From positions 1 to 61,426 of IMG/VR virus record IMGVR_UViG_3300044297_000148: 61,426 nucleotides of DNA. The stretch is one strand, 5' to 3'. Under the pieces are notes generated by a model. The model ran no database searches, was not told the DNA's origin, and saw only the letters and a program-made list of their open reading frames with translations. The DNA is from a virus. Its lineage: Duplodnaviria > Caudoviricetes. Shown here in pieces: positions 8,397 to 15,640 of the stretch. Position numbers and translations under genes: made by a program. The number at the start of each line of letters is the position of its first letter. Position 1 is the stretch's first letter.

Positions 8397-9240
8397 CGTT
8401 GCATCTCCATCCGCTAGTTAGTTGCCCCCGATTTACCCTTGCCTCACCGAAAACCCACGCATTCCCAGAAACCAGCGCATTCCCAGAAACCAGCGCATTC
8501 TCATAAACCCGCGCATTCCCAGAAACCCGCGCATTCCCAAAAACCCACGCATCCCCAGTAACCAGCGCATCCCCAGTAACCAGCGCATTCCCAGCAACCT
8601 GCGCATTCCCAGAAACCAGCGCGTTCCCATAAACCCGCGCCTTCCCAGAAACCCGCGCGTTCCCAGAAACCTGCGCATTCCCAGAAACCAGCGCATTCCC
8701 AAAAACCCACGCATTCCCAGAAACCAGCGCATCCCCAAAAACCCACGCATTCCCAGCAACCTGCGCATTCCCAGAAACCAGCGCATTCCCAGAAACCAGC
8801 GCATTCCCAGAAACCAGCGCATTCTCATAAACCCGCGCATTCCCAGAAACCCGCGCATCCCCATAAACCACCGCATTCCCATGAACCATCGCATCCCCAG
8901 AAACCCGCGCGTTCTCATAAACCTGCGCATTCCCAAAAACCCACGCCTTCCCAAAAACCTGCCCATCCCCATAAACCCGCGCATCCCCAAAAACCCACGC
9001 ATCCCCAGTAACCAGCGCATTCCCATAAACCCGCGCATCCCCAGAAACCTGCGCATTCCCAGAAACCTGCGCATTCCCAGAAACCAGCGCATTCTCAAAA
9101 ACTCCCGCATCCCCGTCTTGTGATAGGTTGGCTTCACTTTCCAACCAGCCGCCCAAACGGCCATCAGATAAGTATCTGATCCGGTGCAACGTCACACCAT
9201 CTACGGTTTTAGTTTCATCGGTCGTCTCGTACTTACGCAT
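8389..9240 (-). CDS. Hexapeptide-repeat protein, copy 1 (38 repeats)
   Basis: Same N-domain and tail, 38 repeats; ATG at 9240 by analogy with the paralogs. Confidence 0.85.
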   Translation of the reverse strand: MRKYETTDETKTVDGVTLHRIRYLSDGRLGGWLESEANLSQDGDAGVFENALVSGNAQVSGNAQVSGDARVYGNALVTGDAWVFGDARVYGDGQVFGKAWVFGNAQVYENARVSGDAMVHGNAVVYGDARVSGNARVYENALVSGNALVSGNALVSGNAQVAGNAWVFGDALVSGNAWVFGNALVSGNAQVSGNARVSGKARVYGNALVSGNAQVAGNALVTGDALVTGDAWVFGNARVSGNARVYENALVSGNALVSGNAWVFGEARVNRGQLTSGWRCNDA

Positions 9241-9254
9241 CTTGTTTTCCCCTT

Positions 9255-10346
9255 TCACTGATACTGTTTATCAAGATCGGTTGCCATGTCCATGAGCAAG
9301 TCCGCAATATCCTCGGGGTGAGCCGTGCGCACGTAGTTCACCAGTTCCTGAAAGCGCATGTTGACGATATCCCCCGGCTCCAGATACTCGTAACCCGTGA
9401 ACCCGTTGCTTTTGCCTGACTCGTTAGCGGCGAAACTGTTGTACGCCGAGCCTTTCCTGTAGAACCAGCCATTCGTATCGAACCCGCCACCATAGTCCAC
9501 CACGCTTGGGTCACGCTTGGCAGGGAGCTTGTCGCGTACCTTGGGATCACTGAAGACCGCGATGAAAGCATCGGTCAGACGCCGCAGATAGTCAATGTCC
9601 AGATACTCATCGCCCGAGTGCTCGTTCTCATAGCCAACGGAAATGTTGGTGCATTCTGAAATGACGTCGGTGTAGTTGGCAGTGTCAGTGAAGACGCCGG
9701 TGTCGTCGGGATGCAGGTCAACCTCGGGCTGCGCCGCGTGCAGCAAGTCACCAAGCGCAAGTGCAAACGCCTGCGATGCGCATACCCCGGTCATCTGTTC
9801 CGTGATGATGGCGTTCGTCCCGCGCCTGTCAAAGGCAATGGCGATATCGAACTGCGCGAGGAACTCCCTGTGATGCAATGACATGCCGCGTGAACCGATA
9901 CCGCCACGCTCTTCGCCCCTGTGAAAAATATAAGTACCGGGCACCCCGGCGCTGATCATGCGCCGCATCAACCACACCCCCGCAGCATCATCAGCACCGA
10001 GCGGGCGCTTGTCATCCTTGTACACAAGCTGTGTCTGTTCATCGAACATGACATCTTGGCGCACGGGGTCGGTCATCGAATGCACGGTGTCGATGTGGGA
10101 CGAGAAAAGAATTCCGTGTGACAAGTCACACGCAGGCACGCCCACCTGCACGACATAGGCAAGCGCATTGCCCCCCGGATCAGTGTAGGTTGTCGGTTCC
10201 AGCGGCGCGATATAGTTCTTGTAGAACAGTTGCTCGCCTTCGCTGCCGTGGCAGCGCGTGAGCGTGAGCATTTCCAGCATTTCAGCGGTTGTCGTTTCCG
10301 TTTCCATGTTGTATCCCTGTTTCATTGTGTGTCGGTCAGAGGGCAA
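9255..10346 (-). CDS. M28/M20-type Zn peptidase
   Basis: SHIDTVH, GADDAAG, GEERGG, AFDRRG, HSGDE metal-ligand motifs. Confidence 0.85.
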   Translation of the reverse strand: MPSDRHTMKQGYNMETETTTAEMLEMLTLTRCHGSEGEQLFYKNYIAPLEPTTYTDPGGNALAYVVQVGVPACDLSHGILFSSHIDTVHSMTDPVRQDVMFDEQTQLVYKDDKRPLGADDAAGVWLMRRMISAGVPGTYIFHRGEERGGIGSRGMSLHHREFLAQFDIAIAFDRRGTNAIITEQMTGVCASQAFALALGDLLHAAQPEVDLHPDDTGVFTDTANYTDVISECTNISVGYENEHSGDEYLDIDYLRRLTDAFIAVFSDPKVRDKLPAKRDPSVVDYGGGFDTNGWFYRKGSAYNSFAANESGKSNGFTGYEYLEPGDIVNMRFQELVNYVRTAHPEDIADLLMDMATDLDKQYQ

Positions 10347-11991
10347 GTGCCATCTGGGTTTTCACTGCCTGCGCCTCAAGCTCCTCCGGCGCTTCGTCCC
10401 GGTAATCCTCCTCGTTGTCGTTCTCATGGATCACGCGCCCATCGTCAAGGGTTACCGCATCGTTCTCATGGATCAAGCGGCCATCACAGGTAGTCACCGT
10501 ATCATCCTTGTGTGCGAAGTCATTGCCGTCGCTATCCTCCACGTCAAGCCGCGCGGCACAATCAACATGGATAAGCCCGCGTGAGGTACCCACAAGATCG
10601 TCGATGCTGTACCAGTCTTGGGTGTCCTCATCCTGCACGAGATTGTTATCCGCAGCGTAGCGAACAAGGTAATACTCCCCATCACTCTCGCAATAGATAA
10701 CATCCGGGCTGTCAATAGCAACCAGCACTTGGTCCATTCTTCGCCCATACGCGCTCACGTAGTTACGCTCCGCGCAGTTCTGGCACACGTTGCGCTCGTG
10801 GTAGTCCACGTACACCATGTCATCCTCGTCCACCATGTCCCCGCAATCGTCACACTGCTCACCGCTTTGCTCGCGCAGTACGCCATTATTCTCGTACCCC
10901 GCCATGGTGCTGTAGTCACCGTCAGAGCCCAATACCCACCACTCACCCTTACGGCTGACAGACAGGCACCCCCCGCCACTACGGGTGCCCGCATCCACAT
11001 AAGGCATGATCCAGCCATCGCCATTCTTGTTGTCAATCACCTCCAGCCTGCAACCCACAAGCGCGCCGCGTTCCTCCACATACCCCAGAGCCTGCATCGC
11101 AGGCAGCAGGCGGTTAGCGTCACCGTAGCAGCGGGCCATCTTCATAGTACGGGCGTTGCAGACCACGCGCGCTGTTACCTCACCTGCATCGTTCTCGATA
11201 TAACCCACTTCAATATCGCCCGAAGCCGCGTATACGGCGGCAGGATGGACGTGGCCGCTCCAGTAGGAATAATCAGTGCGCTTGTTGCAATGGTACTTGT
11301 TGCTCATGCAGGAGTCATCAGACCCTTCGGCAATCGCGCGGATAATCTCGTCCTTGGTGCGGGCGAACTTCACATTCACGGGGGCCTGCTCTTTCATGAA
11401 GTGCTCAACCCACGCCTTCATCTCGCACTGGGGGAATATCTCGCCAAAGAACCGCGTGAGATAGCGCCCGGGTTTGCAGCGCGTCTCCCTGCTCTGCATC
11501 ATGTGCTCGATGCTCTGGTAGAACGCCACCTGCTGCGGGTCAACGGTGGAAACATGGAGGAAATGATGCGCGTAGAAGAGGGGCTTGTTCTCGTTTCCTC
11601 TGCGCTCCTGAACCATGCCGTAGCAATTCATTGCCACGGAAGAATCAAACTTCCCGAACGGGGGCACGCGCCAACGACCTGAATTAAACTCTTCTTGCAC
11701 CTCATCGAACCGGGCACCAAACCAACTGCCCATGATCGAGTCCATGCATGACGCCATGAAGGCGTAGCCAAAACCGAAGCCGACCGTGCCATCGCGTACC
11801 ATGGCCAGCTTTTCCTCCAGTGTCAGAGGACGATCCAACGCCTTGCGGTGCCGCGCCATTTTGGCACCGATTTCGTGGCCCACGCGCTTGAGGTCGTCTC
11901 GCGCAGTGAGAATGCCGTGCTCCAACCTATACATCGCACGCTGTTTCTCATAGCTACGCGCGGGCTCTGCGTATTTCATGTCGATAATCAT
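10336..11991 (-). CDS. Large hypothetical protein with C-terminal Zn-ribbon-like repeats
   Basis: 551 aa; SCMS, MPYVD, CDDC/CQNC, acidic repeated C-terminus; ACGGAG RBS. Confidence 0.75.
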   Translation of the reverse strand: MIIDMKYAEPARSYEKQRAMYRLEHGILTARDDLKRVGHEIGAKMARHRKALDRPLTLEEKLAMVRDGTVGFGFGYAFMASCMDSIMGSWFGARFDEVQEEFNSGRWRVPPFGKFDSSVAMNCYGMVQERRGNENKPLFYAHHFLHVSTVDPQQVAFYQSIEHMMQSRETRCKPGRYLTRFFGEIFPQCEMKAWVEHFMKEQAPVNVKFARTKDEIIRAIAEGSDDSCMSNKYHCNKRTDYSYWSGHVHPAAVYAASGDIEVGYIENDAGEVTARVVCNARTMKMARCYGDANRLLPAMQALGYVEERGALVGCRLEVIDNKNGDGWIMPYVDAGTRSGGGCLSVSRKGEWWVLGSDGDYSTMAGYENNGVLREQSGEQCDDCGDMVDEDDMVYVDYHERNVCQNCAERNYVSAYGRRMDQVLVAIDSPDVIYCESDGEYYLVRYAADNNLVQDEDTQDWYSIDDLVGTSRGLIHVDCAARLDVEDSDGNDFAHKDDTVTTCDGRLIHENDAVTLDDGRVIHENDNEEDYRDEAPEELEAQAVKTQMALAL

Positions 11992-12025
11992 GTCGTCTCT
12001 CCGTTAACTACAGTTTTATTTTGTT

Positions 12026-12041
12026 GGGTCAGATCTGACCC
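12026..12041. promoter_or_regulatory. Palindrome family B, GGGTCAGATCTGACCC (also 13151-13166 and 13647-13662)
   Basis: 16-bp palindrome in three non-coding copies (13151 copy has one mismatch). Confidence 0.7.
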
Positions 12042-12068
12042 GGTGTTACTTCCTTTATTTCACTTCCT

Positions 12069-12281
12069 TTATTTCACTAACCCTCCCTTGTTGTTGAGAC
12101 CAACCAAGTCTTTCCTATCCGTTATCAGCATGTAGTTCCCCTTGTGCATCGGTGCCACGGTGTGCCGGATCTGCTTTGCTTGCTTCTCCCCGCACTCAAG
12201 GCATGTGCGGTAACCCAACACATAGCGGCGCGGGTCGATATCTTCCCCGCACGAACAGAACATGAACCCACCATTTCCCAT
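12069..12281 (-). CDS. TraR/DksA-type C4 zinc-finger small protein
   Basis: CSCGEDIDPRR...RTCLEC; TGATG coupling with the upstream gene. Confidence 0.6.
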   Translation of the reverse strand: MGNGGFMFCSCGEDIDPRRYVLGYRTCLECGEKQAKQIRHTVAPMHKGNYMLITDRKDLVGLNNKGGLVK

Positions 12282-13081
12282 CACATCGCTCCCTCGAAAC
12301 ACTCGTTGACCAATCGCGCAAATTCCGCGCGAGGGGCAGCGTAAGCAGCAGCGCCAGCAGCGCCAGCAGCGCCAGCAGCGCCAGCAGCGCCAGCAGCGCC
12401 AGCAACGCCAGCAACGCCAGCAACGCCAGCAACGCCAGCAACGCCAGCAACGCCAGCAACGCCAGCAACGCCAGCGGCGCGAGCAGCAGCGTAAGTATCA
12501 GCGGCGCGAGCAGCAGCGTAAGCAGCGCGAGCAGGGCGAGCAGCAGCGTAAGCAGCGTAAGCAGCGTAAGCAGCGCGAGCAGGGCGAGCAGCAACGTAAG
12601 CAGCGAAAGCAGCGTGAGTAGCAGCGTAAGCAGCGCGAGCAGCGCGAGCAGCAACGTAAGCAGCGAGAGCAGCGTCCGAAGCAGCGGCCCTTAGTTTCTC
12701 ATCGCCGGTCATTAGAAAGCCCAGCACCACCTCAGGCGGGTCTTGCTTCCACAGGTCAATCACGCTCAACGCCTGCATCCGCGCGAAGAACCGCAAAAGC
12801 TCCGTTGCGTCCATTCGCATCACGATCCGGCGCTCGGTGCAGGCGAGCTTGTCATTCTGGCGCACCACTTTTCCCCCACACTCAACAAGGCAAAGGGTTG
12901 CGCCCGGCGCGTATATCAGGGCGTCAAAGGGGTCGATTGAGGCGTGTAGCCCCTGTTGGCAGGGGATGGGTTCCCCGCGAAATACAAGCTTCTCCCCGTC
13001 TTTCGGGATGGGTTGACCATCGCGCAGGGTCTTGTCTACGAAATGCCATGCACGGATCGGTCTACGGGTTGTCATTGTCAT
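12281..13081 (-). CDS. Hypothetical protein with C-terminal Ala-rich repeats (DUF7666-like N-domain)
   Basis: AWHF...CQQGLHAS..PFDAL.YAPG domain, then AAYAA/AARAA and 9-bp (VAG/AAG)n tandems. Confidence 0.7.
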   Translation of the reverse strand: MTMTTRRPIRAWHFVDKTLRDGQPIPKDGEKLVFRGEPIPCQQGLHASIDPFDALIYAPGATLCLVECGGKVVRQNDKLACTERRIVMRMDATELLRFFARMQALSVIDLWKQDPPEVVLGFLMTGDEKLRAAASDAALAAYVAARAARAAYAATHAAFAAYVAARPARAAYAAYAAYAAARPARAAYAAARAADTYAAARAAGVAGVAGVAGVAGVAGVAGVAGVAGAAGAAGAAGAAGAAGAAAYAAPRAEFARLVNECFEGAM

Positions 13082-13107
13082 TGTCGTTTCTCCGTTTAGT
13101 TATGGGT

Positions 13108-13123
13108 GTGTGACATGTCACAC
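13108..13123. promoter_or_regulatory. Palindrome family A, GTGTGACATGTCACAC (also 13768, 14480, 14611 with 1 mismatch, 14676; core at 15396)
   Basis: Six copies, all non-coding, two next to sigma70 promoters. Confidence 0.75.
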
Positions 13124-13739
13124 GGCTTTACGCTGCGCTTTAAGGGCGTTGGGTCAGTTCTGACCCAGCGCAAACCCGAGCAAACCCAACCCAAAGCGCA
13201 TCGCAAAACCGGACCTTGCGGCCCGGTTCCCTTTAATTAATCTACTGAAGATGTCTGTATTGTTTCGGCGCTGGCGTTTCTACCAGTGGGGTTCTAGCCC
13301 ATAGTAGGCAGAGTGATCTGCCTTGTTAGCCACGCGGGGGGAACGGAACCGGGCTCCTGTCACGAGACACCGATTAAAGGGTCGACACATGCTAGCCGTA
13401 CTGCTCCGATCCCCTTTGTCGTTACCCGTTCCCTGCCGCCCCTGCAAGCCTTTCCATCACGTCAGCTTTCGCACTCCAACCGCGTTTCGTATCCGGGGAA
13501 TTAGCTGGCTGGTACGGGTTTGCTTTGCTCTCGTGCATGGTGTTGCCGTGTCATGCACTACCCTAAGCTACTACCGAAACCCGCCGCCCCTTTTGAGCCA
13601 CGCCGCTAGCCTCTCATATGGGCATCAGAGGTGCCTCCGATGCGCTGGGTCAGATCTGACCCAACGCGATAAACTAACCCATGCGAGCCGTGCTACTACG
13701 CCAAAGCTCTGGCATTGCATTGCAGGTTGTTGCACCAAA

Positions 13740-13752
13740 TTGTTAAAGAACG
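13740..13752 (-). promoter_or_regulatory. boxA antitermination element (CGTTCTTTAACAA)
   Basis: Matches the rrn-type boxA consensus, about 65 nt after the leftward promoter. Confidence 0.65.
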
Positions 13753-13824
13753 AGCGGAGCGCAGCGCGTGTGACATGTCACACGGCCTTTACTTGCGCCT
13801 TACTTATACTTCTACTACACCCCC

Positions 13825-13853
13825 ATTCTAACATAGGTCAAGGTATTTGTCAA
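13825..13853 (-). promoter_or_regulatory. Strong sigma70 early promoter
   Basis: TTGACA-17 nt-TAGAAT on the minus strand. Confidence 0.85.
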
Positions 13854-13929
13854 GTGTTTTAAAAGTAATCCTGAGCGTGATTTGTGGGTATTTTGCGTGA
13901 TTGGGCACGTAAAAAAGTGCCGAAACCAC

Positions 13930-13974
13930 TTGACGGGCGGCGAATTTGGGTGCTAACCTGCGCGCAGGTTAGCA
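13930..13974 (+). promoter_or_regulatory. Promoter-like element overlapped by palindrome C, TGCTAACCTGCGCGCAGGTTAGCA (also 14423-14467, 14540-14584)
   Basis: TTGAC[GA]-18 nt-(TGC)TAACCT in all three copies; perfect 24-bp palindrome. Confidence 0.65.
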
Positions 13975-14107
13975 GTTAGAGAGCGAAGAAGGGGCACGGG
14001 TTTTGAGGGGGAAAGGGCGAAAAGGGCCATGCAATCATAGATGTGGCGAAATGTTCCTAGAGTGTGGTGTGAAGTGTGTGGGGCAAGTGGCTGAATGCGT
14101 TGAGAAG

Positions 14108-14325
14108 TTCAATTGTTCCAATTGTTCCAGAGGCAAAACACGTTCTGGCAAAAAATCGCGGGTGGGGCCGTTCTAAAAAAACATTTTAAAAATAGAACTT
14201 TTTCTGGGGGGATATATATATCTAAAAAGTAAGAACAATTGGAACAATTGAAACAATTAGAACAATAACAACAACTTAGCGCTGGAACATCATAAGAACA
14301 TTTCGGAACAATTAAGAACAATTGG
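14108..14325. repeat. GAACAAT iteron-like repeats around an AT-rich core; putative replication origin
   Basis: 2 inverted plus about 8 direct (some degenerate) copies flanking AAAAAACATTTTAAAAATAG...GATATATATATC. Confidence 0.55.
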
Positions 14326-14405
14326 CAAGTGCCTGATTGCATTAAAAAAAGTGCCTCCTCCCTCGCATAGTGACCACTAACTTACTTTAGCTCCAGCCCG
14401 GAAAA

Positions 14406-14589
14406 CGGCTTGCTATTGCCACTTGACAAGCTCGCAGTCTGGGTGCTAACCTGCGCGCAGGTTAGCAGTTACCCTCGCCGTGTGACATGTCACACGCCTT
14501 TCCGCCTCACCCTGCTCTATTCCGGCTTGCTATTGCCACTTGACAAGCTTGCAGTCTGGGTGCTAACCTGCGCGCAGGTTAGCAGTTAC
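14406..14589. repeat. 67-bp direct repeat (14406-14472 / 14523-14589)
   Basis: One mismatch; each copy contains TTGACA and palindrome C and is followed by palindrome A. Confidence 0.85.
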
Positions 14590-14827
14590 AACGCAACCAA
14601 AAACCACCCCGTGTGACATGTTACACGCCCGCCCTTTGCATCGCCAGTTCCCGCGCAACGCGCGGCATTCTCCCCGTGTGACATGTCACACGGCCCCCTC
14701 ACGCACTCGCACACACACTCTCACACCCGCGCACTCTCACACACTCACACTCTCACACCCGCGCACTCACCCTCTCTCGCTCTCCCGCCGCCAGAGAACT
14801 GGCGAGAAGCCCGCGCAACGCGCGGGC

Positions 14828-14855
14828 AAAAAAACCCCGGCGAAAGCCGGGGTTT
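14828..14855 (-). terminator. Rho-independent terminator
   Basis: CCCCGGC-TTTC-GCCGGGG stem plus U7 just after the 14860-15306 stop. Confidence 0.85.
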
Positions 14856-14859
14856 AGTG

Positions 14860-15306
14860 CTACTTTTTGGCCTTGGCCGGGAGCAGCGCTCCCAAGGCCT
14901 CAAATGCCGCCAAAACCCGGGGGATATCAACCCCCGGAACCCCTTCTTGCTGTTTCCAGTATTCTACGCTCGGGCCGACATCGGCCCGTGAACGGATCGC
15001 GCTGGCCACGCGACCAGCCTTCTTCTTCCCGCCTTTCTTCTTTCCGGGAAAAAGCCTTGAGTACGCTTGCCTCGCGGCATCGTACGCTTTCCGGGCGCGA
15101 TCCGACAGCGCCTTGACACTCTTGACCTTACCCCCCGCGAGGCCATCGGCCTCGCGAATTGCTAGGTAAAATGCGGCGCGGACATCGCCCCGTTTCGCTG
15201 GGGGTACTCCGGTGAACAAGTCGCGGACATCGTCCGCGACTTTCGTTTCACCATCAGCGTACGCATAGCAGGACAAAACTGCCATGCGCATTAAGCTTCT
15301 ATCCAT
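14860..15306 (-). CDS. Basic hypothetical protein in its own transcription unit (likely immediate-early)
   Basis: AGGAG RBS, own promoter and terminator; Lys-rich patch KKKGGKKK. Confidence 0.75.
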   Translation of the reverse strand: MDRSLMRMAVLSCYAYADGETKVADDVRDLFTGVPPAKRGDVRAAFYLAIREADGLAGGKVKSVKALSDRARKAYDAARQAYSRLFPGKKKGGKKKAGRVASAIRSRADVGPSVEYWKQQEGVPGVDIPRVLAAFEALGALLPAKAKK

Positions 15307-15360
15307 TCCAATCTCCTGTATCGGTGCGCTTCCGTTCGGTTCGCATTTCCGACGCCCCGA

Positions 15361-15388
15361 ATCATACTCCTATAAAATGTTTTGTCAA
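15361..15388 (-). promoter_or_regulatory. Sigma70 promoter for the 14860-15306 gene
   Basis: TTGACA-16 nt-TATGAT; palindrome A core at 15396-15407 just upstream. Confidence 0.75.
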
Positions 15389-15640
15389 ACTTTTTGTGAC
15401 ATGTCACGTAAGTTGACCCCACTACCCCGCCACCCCCCGCTGTAATTTTGGAGTCCCGCCCGCGCGCTCCTTGCTGTGTTTTGCACCCACGTCCCCCACT
15501 TCCTTCACTTTTTCCCACACATTTTTTCTACAGACGACCCCACCCCCCTCAATATAGAAACCCACCCCCTTTGTTTTTTGGTTCCATGTTTTCATGGTTT
15601 TATGTTATTTTCTGCATGCAAATTAAACTAGGGGCAACCC

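Larger units (their letters stand above)
13100..13818 (-). ncRNA. Candidate large structured leader / non-coding RNA
   Basis: No credible minus-strand ORF after a consensus promoter; many nested helices; mismatches resolve as G-U and loops as GNRA only on the minus strand. Confidence 0.5.

Noticed and set aside
7450-9164. Alternative-frame ORFs (MRGFLG, NPRIPR and KPAHSQ repeats)
   Set aside because: Shadows of stop-free 18-bp repeats; only the GNAxV frame has coupled starts and a known fold
6792-9240. Diversity-generating retroelement (TR/VR pairs)
   Set aside because: No reverse transcriptase recognised; differences between repeats are not adenine-specific
12196-12654. Poly-Leu/Ala ORF on the + strand
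   Set aside because: Antisense shadow of the 9-bp tandem repeats
13108-13123. Palindrome A as a CRP site
   Set aside because: The spacer between TGTGA and TCACA is 4 bp, not the 6 bp CRP requires
13200-13740. Group I/II intron, tmRNA, RNase P or tRNA
   Set aside because: No domain V, P7 core, tRNA-like ends or cloverleaf recognised by eye, and no interrupted gene
13323-13862. 179-aa + strand ORF in the control region
   Set aside because: Antisense to the strong early promoter, no clear RBS, no recognisable motifs, and it crosses palindromes and the promoter
13108-14693. Palindromic repeats as a CRISPR or mini-array
   Set aside because: Irregular spacing, three different repeat families, no uniform spacers and no cas operon; the Cas4-like nuclease sits in the replication module
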